Part shown: positions 33,202 to 48,300 of the stretch, in pieces
Position numbering within the stretch: position 1 is the first letter of the stretch
Layout of the letters: every line of letters starts with the position of its first letter
Assembly: GCA_044892525.1 (NCBI GenBank)
Contig: CM097885.1
Location: 11,224,001-11,288,000 of the forward strand
Length of the DNA stretch: 64,000 bases
Reading direction: 5' to 3'
From: Schmidtea polychroa
Taxonomy: Eukaryota
The notes under the pieces: generated by a model
Databases searched by the model: none
The model's input: the letters and a program-made list of their open reading frames with translations, nothing else
Told to the model about the DNA's origin: nothing
Made by a program: the position numbers and the translations under genes

Positions 33202-36200
33202 ATGCTTGAAATTAGAAATTTATTGTTCAATATTATTGACAAACTAGCTGTTCAAAAGCTTTTTGATTACGCTCCTGAGTTTATTGAAACTTTAAATAAA
33301 AATCGTTCTGTGTTTTTGAACATATTAGATCATGATGTGAATTATTAATTTATTACATATTTATTTATCTAAACTTAATAGGCTTCAAGTGTAAATGATC
33401 GAAATTTAGTATTAAATTCTTATAGAGATCCAATTCAAATTCCAGGTTTCCAACAAAAAATAACACTATCTCAAGATTTCATCCAGGAAACAATAATTAT
33501 AAGCGATTTATTTAAGTTAAATGAAATAACATCTGTTGAATTATTACTATTCGGTTAAATTATATATTTTAGTGTACTCTTTTTTTACTCTAGTTTTACT
33601 CCTTAGGTGAAAGTGAGCGAACATCAAATCCTGACATGACTCGTGGATTATTGGCAGTAAATCAATATTATAATTCACAAAAAACAATAGTAGAAGCTCT
33701 GCGAAATCTACTAAAATTATTTTTAACAATCACAACAGACAATGCAAAAGCAGTGGAAATTGTAAACTTCACTCAAGCCTTTTGCGATAGTTTATTTCAA
33801 CATGGCCTATTTCCGAAATTGATCGGTTTATTAAAAAATCTAGACATAAACAAAGAAATCGAATTACTGGAATCTCAACGAGCTCTAGGAACAGCTAGGC
33901 ACAGGCGTCGGTTTTTTTTAATTTTTCAAAGCATTAAAGAAACACTGGCTGAATGTATTTTGTTACGAAGCTTCAAATGTCCACTTAATACGGCTGATAC
34001 AAAATTATTAATCGAATTTATGCGGGAATTTTATAAGGAAAGCAACAAAGAAATCAAGGTAATTGTTTTGCTTAATATTTGAATAGTTTAGTGAATTATT
34101 AATGTAGATAATTAATTATGAACATTTATTAGGGCAATTATTATATAATTATATATTTCATCAGTAGCGGTGGCTGTAGCAGGCGGGTGGAGCGCGTGGG
34201 GGGGGGTGAGGGTAACACGGGCTGTCCTATTTATTATCCTACATATTAATACGTATTTAATGAATGAAATGCTTCAATCAATGAGAATAACATTGCCAAA
34301 TGGAATGCCATCCGAATTATTCAGGGCGTAATTATCGATATATTGCTGTAATCATACAGAAACATTCATTATAAATTCAACCAATCATCGATAGCAAATC
34401 AAAAAACCAGTAAATTTATTGGATATAATCACTGCTTGTCATTAACCGCCTCTATAACTATTGCGCTTAGCTTTGGGCGTCGTTGTGACCCGATCCATGA
34501 GCCGGTGACAATTCCGTGGGCATGGCAACGCCTGATATAGCGCTAGTGATCATACACGCTAATGCATGCATGCATATCTGGAATATATCTAATATGGATC
34601 ATTTTGGCATCTCAATCAATGCCATCGGTGCCAATAATCACCACAGGATTCCAATCGATTGCATTTTATCGATCAATCGCTACCAGTTTCCCCGTTGTTC
34701 ATTTCCCAGCGGAAATTCCCCTCCAAACTATATAAAATGCGTTTAATCTATCGTTGACTGCTTTTTACACTATTTTATCGATATTTTATCTATTTTCTAT
34801 GTGACAAAATATTAATATTTAAATTTCCATCACCAAAAACGAAAACGATCAAAGATGATTCCTACTGATTAACCGCCTAGTTCCCGATATTGCTTATTTC
34901 TACCTTTTAATGATTGATTTTTCATCTTATTAATATTGTTTGATAACATTATATTTGAGTAATTGTAATCAATAATGTGATTTACTCAATAAATCGATTC
35001 GTAAATTTCATTTGAATAAATGTTACAGAATGAAGAGAATGAAACAATTGCTTTGCGGGAAGTTAAAATCGTAGATAAATGCTTTGTATATTTGCTAGTC
35101 AGTTTGATGGATTCAATTAATCCAGTCATTAATGAAAACAACGCGACGAATTATTCACAGGATTGTTGGTTTCATTCATGGCGTTTTTTATTTGTTGAAT
35201 TCCATCGGTTTAGGCCTCACGCATCCTTTCTTTACTGATGACGAATACACGAGAAATATTAGCGATCTGCTTTCGAAGAATATTAATGGGAATAATGATA
35301 ACGAAATGAAAGAATATGAAATGAAAAATATCGTTCAGAATTTTGATCAAGTTATATTTCTGGCATGGATTATTTCCCTACAGAAGGTGTCGCATTTGAA
35401 ACAGGAGAAATGCATTAACAGTTGTCAAATGACCACCAATTTCGGAGATTATGACGATATTTTGGACTGTGACCAATCGAAACTCGAATCTGGAAATCTC
35501 TATGAAATCTTTTCATTTTTGACCGTAATAACAGGAATTGAAGAATTCCATGAGCAGGTAAACGGATTTCAACGCGGGAAAGATTTCTGACTTTGTTTTA
35601 CAGAACATTTGGATAAAATGCTTTCATGATTTGGTCACCGATTTCATTATCTATATGCCGAAAATGCTGAAGGATTTAAAAACGGAAAGTTTAAGAACTG
35701 CATCGAATGTTACTCATTTCTCCTCATTGATGGGATTAATTGGAAATGTGCATGGGCCTCCTGAGAGATTGTTTGAATCTTCAATTCCATTTAATAATGA
35801 ATACTTGGAAAGCTTAACATTGGAATTCTGGGCTCCGCAAGACATGACAGGTACCGATTTATCGGCATCATTGATATCGGCTGGCAATTACAAGAATTTG
35901 CCTATCAAATCCAATTGTTCATATCGACAGTCGATGCTTTTTAAATTCATTCGAGACTGTGGAGATTTGATCGATAATCCAGAGTTTCTGTTGAATTTCC
36001 TCTTCATGTTGAAAGGGTTGTGCATAAATGAACGCGTGGCGGTTTATATTTACAATATGTTCAACAGCAATCTGATTGGTAAGCGGTTTCTGTTTTCTCT
36101 TTATAATTTCCATTTCCATATGAAATATTCTCATTTTTGGGAATTAAATTTCATCAACAATAACTCATTTAGTAAGCACTTTTATCTGTCACGCGGTGTT

Positions 36201-39200
36201 ACAGAGGCGCTGAAAGCGGTTTAAAGGTAGTCAAGGTCACTTAGGTAGGTTACTGTTAGAAATGTAGGTCAAGGTCATTAAAGTAAGTTAGAGATATTGG
36301 TTAAAGTTGTTAAAAGTAAGTCAAGGTTATTTGAAATAGGTCAAGGTCATTAAAGTAAGTTACTGTTAGAAATATCGGTGAAGGTCATTATAAGTTAGTC
36401 AAAGTCATTCAAAAAAGTCACAGCGAGGATCGAGTATTGATAAAAGTTGCATATACATATCAAATTATCAGGTTTCATAAATATGGCTAATAAATTATAT
36501 AAGTTTCTCCTTCACTGATCTAATAGCTGAAATATTTCATTCCAGGGCATCATAATAAGCTTTCTTGGGAATATTTTTCAACTTGCATGCTTCACCATGC
36601 CAAGTTTTACCACTCGAACCCTCACAGAAATCAAGTAATGGATCCGATGGAACTTGCAGGATTATTAGTTGTACTGCAGCTCACAAGGCAAGTGACTAAA
36701 ATGGTATTGGTTCTTTGGTGACATTTTCTACTGATTATTAACCCGGTAATTGAACAGAGTCCTAAAGTGTGTGAAATGATGGTGAATAACGACTCGCTGA
36801 TGATAGTTCAAAACTTGGTCTTGCTGTTGTCTTGTGGTGTACCAAAATCACTGAAAGCCGAGCTGTTTAATTGTTTGGCTGTGTTTTGTCATAACGTTTT
36901 AGTAGCCAAATCAATCTGGCAAGCACTCGAATCTAACAAAATCATAAGCAACTCACATGAAATCCATTCTTGTAGTATTCAAATTGAACTTGGGGAAAAT
37001 GAGCCTAAATTAGAAGAATTCGATATTACTAGAGCATTTCTCAATTTCCTATTAGCAATTGCTCCTCATATCTTGTGTGATATATCGTATTTGGATCAGT
37101 CTATGTTGTCATATGATAAATTGAATGTCTCCATTATTTCTGCTCCTTCTCATCACGCGGTTGTCGAGAATCTTACTTCTGTTGTCCAGTTGATGATGGA
37201 GAATGTTTTTCTCAAACATTCTATGAGGACCTATAGAAATATCTACGAAAAGGTGTGATTTACTTTATATTGATTTATTGATATCATTTATTATTAATAT
37301 TGATTTTAATATGATTATATTGATTTCTAAAAGTAATTAATTTTTCGATAAATAATAAAATTTCTTCCATATTCAACAAATATTATCGAATTCTGATTTT
37401 TTGACCTTGTATAAAGAATCAATGAAATTTTCTTTATTTTCTCACTTTTCAGTTTGCAATTTGTGAAAGCTTTTTGAAGTTGAGTAGTAAATGCGTCGAG
37501 TTATTCCTTGCTCAGAGCGGTAACACAAAAAACAGCAAATCTAAAATCTCCTGGTGTCAATATGATCCAGGATTTTACATTATCAATCAATTATTGTCGG
37601 AATCTCCCTTTTTCAAAACCATCGTTAGCATTATTGAAAATGGATTCCTACAAATCAATGAAACCCTAAATAATGTTACCTTTGGTCAGAAATCATTCAG
37701 CGAGCGAACTGTTGAGTTGTTGGGAAATTCCATATATCTTGCCATGGATTTAGTTTCAACCGTTTTGAAGCATGAATCATTTCTAGTTGAATTAAACACA
37801 AAATTTAAGTAGCTCATTTTTGGTTTTTTATCGATTTCCAATGACGATATTTTGCAGTAGTCAATATAAAATCGATAATTATCGCTCCAACATTCGGTCT
37901 GTGAAATCAAGAAATGTCATACCGCAGGAACTTAGCCAATTGTTGATCACAACTGGTGGATCTCAATCTTTCCTACCGAATCTCATTAAGTATATCAGCA
38001 TTGCTGATGAAAATGAGAAAATCGCAAGGAAAGCTTTAACGATTTTCAATTATTGTATTGAAATAGTTCAGCCTCATAGCAATTTGATGTTGCTGTTGAC
38101 CAATCAGAATGTAAATGAATTGATTTATCCCAATCATCAGCGGTTTATTGTTGTTACCATACATTAGGCAGTATATGTGGACATTTTGCCCCTGATGGTC
38201 AATTGCATTGATAAATATGGAGATATTGATTCGACTTTCGTTGATTGCGTCGAAAGGGGGAAAATATCTCAATTGTTTTTCAATGATTATGTTTCTCACT
38301 CTCCAAGGACTTTGGTGCTGAAGATATTGATCAATTGCCTCCAACAGCCAACTCCGAATCTCGGTCAATATCTGATGGGGTTTTCTTGTGCTAGCACGTT
38401 CTCAGTCAAACGGACATCATTGCAAGAAGCAGGAGTTGGAGATTTCCCGAAAACGTGTTTGCATTCATTGTTGAATCTCATTCAACGATTGGTTACTGGA
38501 ATCGTTTCAAATCCATTATTGAAGGATAATGATATCCCTGTGGAATGTCTCCCGGAATTAGCTGCCGATATGATCGATATCTGCCTTGGATATCGCATTC
38601 TTTATCTTTTAGCCAGTAACTCATTCACATCAATGGCTGTCTTGAGGTTCATTAGGAGCAATTACCAGTTCATTTTCAAGCAAATTGATTTGCTGGCATT
38701 TACAACTGCTCGATTAAATAATCCTGGTAAGTTATTATCATTATTGATTATTGATTAATTTAACGATATTTGAGTGTTGTTTAAATATTTTTGAGATCTC
38801 ACCGCACCTTTCTAAACATATTTAAACATCAAATGTTTCAATATATGAAAACAAATTAAAATTTTTTGGTCATTATCGATTTTCAATGTTTTTGATTTTT
38901 GAGATTCGCATTGATTTACCAGATCTTTTACAAAACACATTTATGAATCTGACAGAGAATTTAATTCTCTATGAAATGATATAAAAATATTTTAGAAGTT
39001 TTCATTTTTAATCTATTTTAATCAATACTTTGTAATGATTTATTCGATAAATTGATTATGAAATTGCAATATTATATATTGATTAATAAATACATTATAT
39101 TGATCTATATAAACAATTTTAAATGTGACGCGAGGCCTCGATATCAATTTGCCGGCATAAACACGGAATTCATATATATTTACTCTCATTTTAAATCTAG

Positions 39201-42200
39201 AATTGAGAGCAATCGTCTGGAATCAAAAATCATGGCTGCTGAAAATTATCGCCATAGAAATCCGTTTATGTACCGCAAATCAGCAGCGCTCATATATTTC
39301 CAAATTATTGAAACTTTTGCTCGGAGGTAACCAGTGTCTTAGTTTGTGTTCCCTTATGACCTTTCCTTCCTTTTAGAAGACTTATACTCTTCCAATAGCA
39401 ATTCGTTCCTATCGTGGCTGAGTGACGAAGGTATTGTAGCAATTTGAAAACAAATTACTGTGAATATTCATTGTCAACTCTTCCTAGAAGCTGTTTGCCA
39501 AGGTCTTATTTATGTAATTCTTGAAGATTTTGACATCACAGACTCTGAAGATTTCGTTGATTTCTCTATTTGTCAACGGTTGAAACCTGAAGTTTTGAAA
39601 GAAGTTAGGTAAATGAATGATCAGCAATTATTGATAATGTTCTGTAGTATCTGAATGATTGCATCGAAGAGACATATATGGGAATACAGTTAATTGATGG
39701 GAATAAATTCAAGCAGATCATATTTGCTGATATAAATATGGTTGGTGATGAGGAGCAGCTTCAGATGTTACAGTTCGAGGTTGATAACGTTTGCCATTTG
39801 ATCGATAGATACAATACAAACAATATCTGGTTGAAATTCGGGAAATCGGTTGCCACAGATGCCTGGTCTCAAGTGATAGAGGTTGTGATGCTGTCGGGAT
39901 GCAGTGGAGAAGATTCTGTACAAATCGAGATTAAGAAGAAAAAAATTTATGAAATTCTCCATTTAATCTATCAGAAAGTTCGATTTATTGAATATTGGAA
40001 ATGGTTATTATGAGATTGATTGACAGATGCTAATTCCGAGCACCCCGAGCTGTTTAGTTAGCCCTTTCAGTCGAGTTTCGCTGATATTGTCTGCCGTTCT
40101 TGCTGGCACATTTATTTGCAATCAGACCCAAAGCAATTTCCTTTCACAACTCATGCCGAGCGATGAAAGGAGAAATTCAGAAGAAAAACGGCTAGAAACA
40201 ATCGACATTGAGAGCTTATGTAATCAATTGAGAATATTGATAAAGCTCACAACTAGATGTATAATGGAAATAAGTAAGCGCATTTTCCTGTTGTATTTGA
40301 ATATTTTTGCATAATTATCGATTTATTATCGATTCACAACTCAATAATTTCTATTGATTTCGATTGAATATTAAAAAATGTTAAAAATCTGCACTTATAA
40401 ATAAATTGATTTATTTTATGCAATATTTAATAATAATGAATTTATAATTATTAATAACTGATTTGGTAATATTTGATCTATAAATTTATTATAATATTGG
40501 CTAATAATTTATTTTGTGATATTTTATCCATAATTTTGATTTTTCGTTAAAAATATAGTATAATTGATTAATAATTGATTAATAATTTATTATATCTGAA
40601 TCGATTAATATTTGATTTTCGGATGTACGATCGATATAGATTTTTTTTTATTTTTTATCTTTAATAATCGCTTTTTAATTAATAAATAATTTTTTAGTAT
40701 TTGATTAATTATAGTAATCGATTATATATTTGATTTTATTATATTTTACCTATAATTTCTATCGAATAATATATTTTGGGACATGATTGATAAATATATT
40801 ACTTCATTACGCCATGGTATTTTATATATAAATATCGATTTTTAATTAATAATTGATTTTTTATATTTGATCAATATTAATAATTGATTATTAATTGATT
40901 TTGTTATATTTGACTTGATTAATAATTTATTTTATTATATCTGAATTGATAAATAATTGATTTTGGGACATATGATTGATAAATGTATTACTTCATTACG
41001 CCATGGTTTTTTATTTATAATTATCGACTATATATTTGATTTTACGATATTTTATATATAATTTCTCTCGAATAATTGATTTTTTAATTGTTTTTCGATG
41101 TTTATAAAAACATTATTTGTAATTTGCCTGCTCTAGATTTCAAATATCAAAATATCCGAATAAAGTTTTATGGTGCTCTGACATATCTGCTTGAAATTGT
41201 CCTCGCGATAAGTTTGTATAGATAATATATTGTCGAATGCTTTTATGCGCCATTTAAGGTAAATTCAATCCAAATTTCTCGAGCCTCCTCAATGAGTGTT
41301 ATTTGACCATCAATAACCATTCATTGTTGCTGGAGAAGATATCTGAGAATTCCCTCTACTCTACTGTATGCTGTGACTGCATCAGTGGGAATTTCCATTT
41401 ATCTATCTCTGCATTGACTCTCCTTGATTGCATTGCTACACTTGATAATGACAATGGCGGTTTAATTGGCTACTTGAATTCACAGGGCTATCTCAAGCAT
41501 TTCATTGTCAGTCTGATACGAGATTGTGACAATCTCTATATCAATATGAAGCAGCATTGTTACGGCACGAATTATATTCAAGCAGATTCCAGCAACACAA
41601 ATGCCATTTATTCATATTATTTATATCAGTCCCGATTGTCATTGCTATGCAAATTGGCAACACAACCAAGCGGTGCCAAAGCATTGGTCCAATGTGGCGC
41701 ATTATCGAGCTTGTCTCGCTGTGAGATATTCAAAATGAAGCCGCCATTGATTGGAGGAGAATCAATATCCCACAACGTCATGGACACCGATGATGAAGGA
41801 GATATCGATGATATCCGCGTTCAATATAAAACAGTTATCTCATTGGCTATTCAATTTGCCAATAATATTCTCTCTGCTTCCGGTAGAATTGAATTGATTG
41901 GTCTATAAGATTAATGATTGATATTCGCTCCTTTCTCCTGCAGGGCTTGATAAAACCGATGCCATTCGAGAAGTGCTGATATTTATTGGCGAATCCATCG
42001 ATTGCTTCATTGAGCCGTTCCATTCACCTTCCAATGCTTCCAATAGCATTTCTATTAAGGAAATGATTCAGATTAGCAATCTATTTGTCATTCTCGTCCC
42101 GGCAATTCTCAATTCCAAATCATTAATAGAGTAAAATAATTCCTCCCGCCTCCCCCTGAACAGCCAATTAATAATAGCGCGTTTAGATTGGAGTATAAAT

Positions 42201-44038
42201 ACCGGAGCTTGGAGAAGATGAAACGGGCAGGATCGATGGTGATGAGTGTGATATTGGAATTGTTAACCAATCCCATCATGCACAATGAGCATGAAATGAT
42301 GCTCCATTTCCTTCACATTCAGTTGATGGGGAATTGCCTATCGATTGCCGCTGGATTTGTCGCTCCCTGTGCTGCTGCTGGTGCTCAATGTGCCGCTGAT
42401 GGTCCTGATGCATTCAATCGCGTCTTTTTCTCACCGGTGATCGATGAATCTATTGGCGGAAAGAATAGTAAGCAATGAATCCATTTGTGTGCGCGCGCGC
42501 GTTCATTTACAGCTGGATCGATAATTGCAGGTTGGAATTGCGCGCTGAGAAGGATCTCCCAGGCTGTCCGATCGGGCAATAAACCGCCTCTCAGTTTGGC
42601 AGTGATTATCCTGTTCAAATTGCAGGAATGCTTTGAAATGGCCAGCAAGAAACTGTCGGTTTTTGATGTGATGCAAGATTTGCCCGCTGCTGGTGCCGCT
42701 GCTGGTGCCGCCGGATTGCTGGATTGCAAAGGCCGCAGGAAGCTGCTGAGGTCGGCAGGGGAAATTGAGGAGAAACTGATGAGAATGTCAACTGATCAAT
42801 TGCAGTTGCTGTGGAATTCAGTATTTGATTCAGTTCCTAGGATCACTGACGACAGCCCAATTATCGCATTACCGGATCAAGTGAATGATCTCGTGATCGT
42901 ATACAAGCGCATTACTTGTGTTATTTCATCACTCAAAGGTTTCCTGATTTATTTATTTGTTTATATTGCTATCGATTATTTATATTTGTCTTTTATTGTT
43001 TCATTTTTTGTTTTTGGATTTTTTTATTATTAATTTAAATATTTAATTTATTACTTGTTTTATTTTTTTATTGTAATAATATTTTTATTAAAATTATTAT
43101 TTTTACAATTTTTTCGATTTTTATTATTTATTATTTTTAAATTTTATTATTCCATTTTAATTTTTTTTCAAAATTCAGTTTTTATTTTTTTAAGTAATAT
43201 TATTTTTATTTTATTAATAATTTTATGTTTATTTAAAATAATTAAATTTAAAATATATTTATTTTCAATAATTATTTTAAACTTTATTATTCCACTTTTA
43301 ATTATTTTTATTTAAAATTTTATTCGATTATGTTTTTTTATTTTTAAAAAATTTTTTTTTTAATTCAGTTTTTATTTATATATTTATTATTAATTTTTTT
43401 TTATTATTAATTTTAATATTTTTTTAATATTTAAAATTATTTTCAAAATTCAGTTTTATTTTTATAAATATTTTTATATATCTTTAATTTTTTTAAATTA
43501 TTTTAATTTATTAGTTTTAATATAAATTTTAATTAATTTATTTTGTAATTATTTTAAACTTCATTATTCCAATTTTAATTATTTTTTAAACTATTAATAT
43601 TTTATTTTATTATAAATGTTATAATTCCATTTCTAGACTCATTGGAAAGTTGCTGTTTCTTGATCTGGTATCACGCGCTGGCATACAACAACAACAACAG
43701 CTCAACGAGTGCCGATAAAGATAACTATATGATCACAGCTGATTCCAGCCTTCATCCAATCCAGCGATTGCATAAAATTCAACAAATTAAAATGGAATTC
43801 GATACACCAAAATCAGTCAATCAATCAAATAACGATATAATTTTCTTAATATCTAAATGTATCGATGATGACCTTCTCTACAAGATCCAATCGGCATTTG
43901 AGGTGACATTTGTTGATATGTTTATCAATAATGAATCATTGATTACTGTTTTATTTCCAGATTTATTCCGATGAGAATGAGAGCTCATTCTTGAGAATCT
44001 TGGTTCACCGACTGATGAGGATTCTTAAACTTGTTTAA
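33202..44038 (+). CDS. NUP205: Nuclear pore complex protein Nup205, multi-exon host gene
   Basis: ISDLFKLNEITSVELLL, TRGLLAV, RALGTARHRR, LQEAGVGDFPKTCLHSLL, NQKSWLLKIIAIEIR...QRS and IRIKFYGALTYLL match Nup205 motifs in order. Many GT-AG introns (first 33337-33381); stop at 44036-44038, then AATAAA. Not every exon boundary was checked. Confidence 0.9.
36186..36436. repeat. Intronic TCAAGGTCA-rich repeat fragment resembling the Polinton terminal-repeat module
   Basis: Repeated GTCAAGGTCA units, ending GAGGATCGA as at ~61283. Confidence 0.5.
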
Positions 44039-44479
44039 AAATTTTTGATTAATAAATGTTTAATAAATTTGTTCTTTTTAATAATCTATTGCAAATATTT
44101 TTATTAAATAATTATTTATATTTTTACTTCTATTTTTGGAATTAGAATAAATTATGTTTGCGGAAACCCATATATTATTTAGAGGAGTCATCTTTTGAAA
44201 ATGCATATTTTTCTCTAAAAATATATTTTTGAGTTGTTCTTTTGAATTTTCAACCTAAATAATTCAAATTTTTCGTTTCTATTTAGTTGTTTAGAAATTT
44301 GACCAATAAAGAATTTTTTTGAAGTAAAATTAACTAAGTATAAATAAATTTATACAAACTTCTTTATAACCTTTGTTTAAAAATTCATTTTCAATTTACA
44401 TTTTGAAAATGTAATATTCAAGAAATATTTCTTTTTACTATTTATTTATACTATTATAATTGTTAATGATTTTTAAACT

Positions 44480-45158
44480 ATATATATTTTATTTTATTAT
44501 AAATGTTATAATTTCATTTCTAGACTCATTGGAAAGTTGCTGTTTCTTGATATGGTATCAATAACAACAACAACAGCTCAACGAGTGCCGATAAATATAA
44601 CTATATGATCACAGCTGATTCCAGCCTTCATCCAATCCAACGATTGCATAAAATTCAACAAATTAAAATGGAATTCGATCAACCAAAATCAGTCAATCAA
44701 TCAAATAACGATATAATTTTCTTAATATCTCTACAAGATCCAATCGGCATTTGAGGTGACATTTGTTGATATGTTTATCAATAATGAATCATTGATTACT
44801 GTTTTATTTCCAGATTTATTCCGATGAGAATGAGAGCTCATTCTTGAGAATCTTGGTTCACCGAATGATGAGGATTCTTAAACTCGTTTAAAAATTTTTG
44901 ATTAATAAATGTTTAATAAATTAGTTCTTTTTATTTTATTTGTTCTTTTTAATAATCTATTGCAAATATTTTTATTAAATAATTATTTATATGTTTACTT
45001 CTATTTTTGGAATTAGAATAAATTATGTTTGCTGAAACTCAGATATTATTTAGCGGAGTCATCTTTTGAAAATGCATATTTTTCTGTTGAATTTTCAACC
45101 TAAATAATTCAAAATTTTCGTTTCTATTTAGTTGTTTAAAAATTTGACCAATAAAAAA
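44480..45158 (+). pseudogene. NUP205: Diverged tandem duplicate of the last two Nup205 exons and 3' flank
   Basis: Copy of ~43590-44310 with small deletions and substitutions. Confidence 0.85.
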
Positions 45159-45393
45159 TTACGTTAAAAAGTTTACGTTAAACCACCAAATGCGAAGTGC
45201 ACATCGATATGGGGTGAAGGGATTGTAACTGTTGGCGTATGTGGGGAGGAAAGAAATTTTAGTACAAGGCATACAATCGTTTTCGTTCCGCTCAGGCCCT
45301 TCTCCCAGCATACCCGTAATGATTTTACTAATATCCCTCATGTGTGCCCGTGGAGGTATTACACGTTGGTGATGCCCACATGGGTTGGAGTTG

Positions 45394-48300
45394 GTTAATT
45401 GATGGGAATAAATTCAAGCAGATCATATTTGCTGATATAAATATGGTTGGTGATGAGGAGCAGCTTCAGATGTTACAGTTCGAGGTTGATAACGTTTGCC
45501 ATTTGATCGATAGATACAATACAAACAATATCTGGTTGAAATTCGGGAAATCGGCAGCCACAGATGCCTGGTCTCAAGTGATAGAGGTTGTGAAGCTGTC
45601 GGGATGCAGTGGAGAAGATTCTGTACAAATCGAGAATAAGAAGAAAAAAATTTATGAAATTCTCCATTAAATCTATCAGAAAGTTCGATTTATTGAATAT
45701 TGGAAATGGTTATTATGAGATTGATTGACAGATGCTAATTCCGAGCACCCCGAGCTGTTTAGTTAGCCCTTTCAGTCGAGTTTCGCTGATATTGTCTGCC
45801 GTTCTTGCTGGCACATTTATTTGCAATCAGACCCAAAGCAATTTTCTTTCACAGCTCATGCCGAGCGATGAAAGGAGAAATTCAGAAGAAAAACGGCTAG
45901 AAACAATCGACATTGAGAGCTTATGTAATCAATTGAGAATATTGATAAAGCTCACAACTAGATGTATAATGGAAATAAGTAAGCGCATTTTCCTGTTGTA
46001 TTTGAATATTTTTGCATAATTATCGATTTATTATCGATTCACAACTCAATAATTTCTATTGATTTCGATTGAATATTAAAAAATGTTAAAAATCTGCACT
46101 TATAAATAAATTGATTTATTTTATGCAATATTTAATAATAATGAATTTATAATTATTAATAATTGATTTGGTAATATTTGATCTATAAATTTATTATAAT
46201 ATTGGCTAATAATTTATTTTGTGATATTTTATCCATAATTTTGATTTTTCGTTAAAAATATAGTATAATTGATTAATAATTGATTAATAATTTATTATAT
46301 CTGAATCGATTAATATTTGATTTTCGGATGTACGATCGATATATTTTTTTTTTATTTTTTATCTTTAATAATCGCTTTTTAATTAATAAATAATTTTTTA
46401 GTATTTGATTAATTATAGTAATCGATTATATATTTGATTTTATTATATTTTACCTATAATTTCTATCGAATAATATATTTTGGGACATGATTGATAAATA
46501 TATTACTTCATTACGCCATGGTATTTTATATATAAATATCGATTTTTAATTAATAATTGATTTTTTATATTTGATCAATATTAATAATTGATTATTAATT
46601 GATTTTGTTATATTTGACTTGATTAATAATTTATTTTATTATATCTGAATTGATAAATAATTGATTTTGGGACATATGATTGATAAATGTATTACTTCAT
46701 TACGCCATGGTTTTTTATTTATAATTATCGACTATATATTTGATTTTACGATATTTTATATATAATTTCTCTCGAATAATTGATTTTTTAATTGTTTTTC
46801 GATGTTTATAAAAACATTATTTGTAATTTGCCTGCTCTAGATTTCAAATATCAAAATATCCGAATAAAGTTTTATGGTGCTCTGACATATCTGCTTGAAA
46901 TTGTCCTCGCGATAAGTTTGTATAGATAATATATTGTCGAATGCTTTTATGCGCCATTTAAGGTAAATTCAATCGAAATTTCTCGAGCCTCCTCAATGAG
47001 TGTTATTTGACCATCAATAACCATTCATTGTTGCTGGAGAAGATATCTGAGAATTCCCTTTACTCTACTGTATGCTGTGACTGCATCAGTGGGAATTTCC
47101 ATTTATCTATCTCTGCATTGACTCTCCTTGATTGCATTGCTACACTTGATAATGACAATGGCGGTTTAATTGGCTACTTGAATTCACAGGGCTATCTCAA
47201 GCATTTCATTGTCAGTCTGATACGAGATTGTGACAATCTCTATATCAATATGAAGCAGCATTGTTACGGCACGAATTATATTCAAGCAGATTCCAGCAAC
47301 ACAAATGCCATTTATTCATATTATTTATATCAGTCCCGATTGTCATTGCTATGCAAATTGGCAACACAACCAAGCGGTGCCAAAGCATTGGTCCAATGTG
47401 GCGCATTATCGAGCTTGTCTCGCTGTGAGATATTCAAAATGAAGCCGCCATTGATTGGAGGAGAATCAATATCCCACAACGTCATGGACACCGATGATGA
47501 AGGAGATATCGATGATATCCGCGTTCAATATAAAACAGTTATCTCATTGGCTATTCAATTTGCCAATAATATTCTCTCTGCTTCCGGTAGAATTGAATTG
47601 ATTGGTCTATAAGATTAATGATTGCTATTCGCTCCTTTCTCCTGCAGGGCTTGATAAAACCGATGCCATTCGAGAAGTGCTGATATTTATTGGCGAATCC
47701 ATCGATTGCTTCATTGAGCCGTTCCATTCACCTTCCAATGCTTCCAATAGCATTTCTATTAAGGAAATGATTCAGATTAGCAATCTATTTGTCATTCTCG
47801 TCCCGGCAATTCTCAATTCCAAATCATTAATAGAGTAAAATAATTCCTCCCGCCTCCCCACTGAACAGCCAATTAATAATAGCGCGTTTAGATTGGAGTA
47901 TAAATACCGGAGCTTGGAGAAGATGAAACGGGCAGGATCGATGGTGATGAGTGTGATATTGGAATTGTTAACCAATCCCATCATGCACAATGAGCATGAA
48001 ATGATGCTCCATTTCCTTCACATTCAGTTGATGGGGAATTGCCTATCGATTGCCGCTGGATTTGTCGCTCCCTGTGCTGCTGCTGGTGCTCAATGTGCCG
48101 CTGATGGTCCTGATGCATTCAATCGCGTCTTTTTCTCACCGGTGATCGATGAATCTATTGGCGGAAAGAATAGTAAGCAATGAATCCATTTGTGTGCGCG
48201 CGCGCGTTCATTTACAGCTGGATCGATAATTGCAGGTTGGAATTGCGCGATGAGAAGGATCTCCCAGGCTGTCCGATCGGGCAATAAACCGCCTCTCAGT

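Noticed and set aside
43055..43315. Hydrophobic F/I/L-rich ORF (and its duplicate 48760-49020) as a membrane protein
   Set aside because: Lies in a T-rich low-complexity Nup205 intron.
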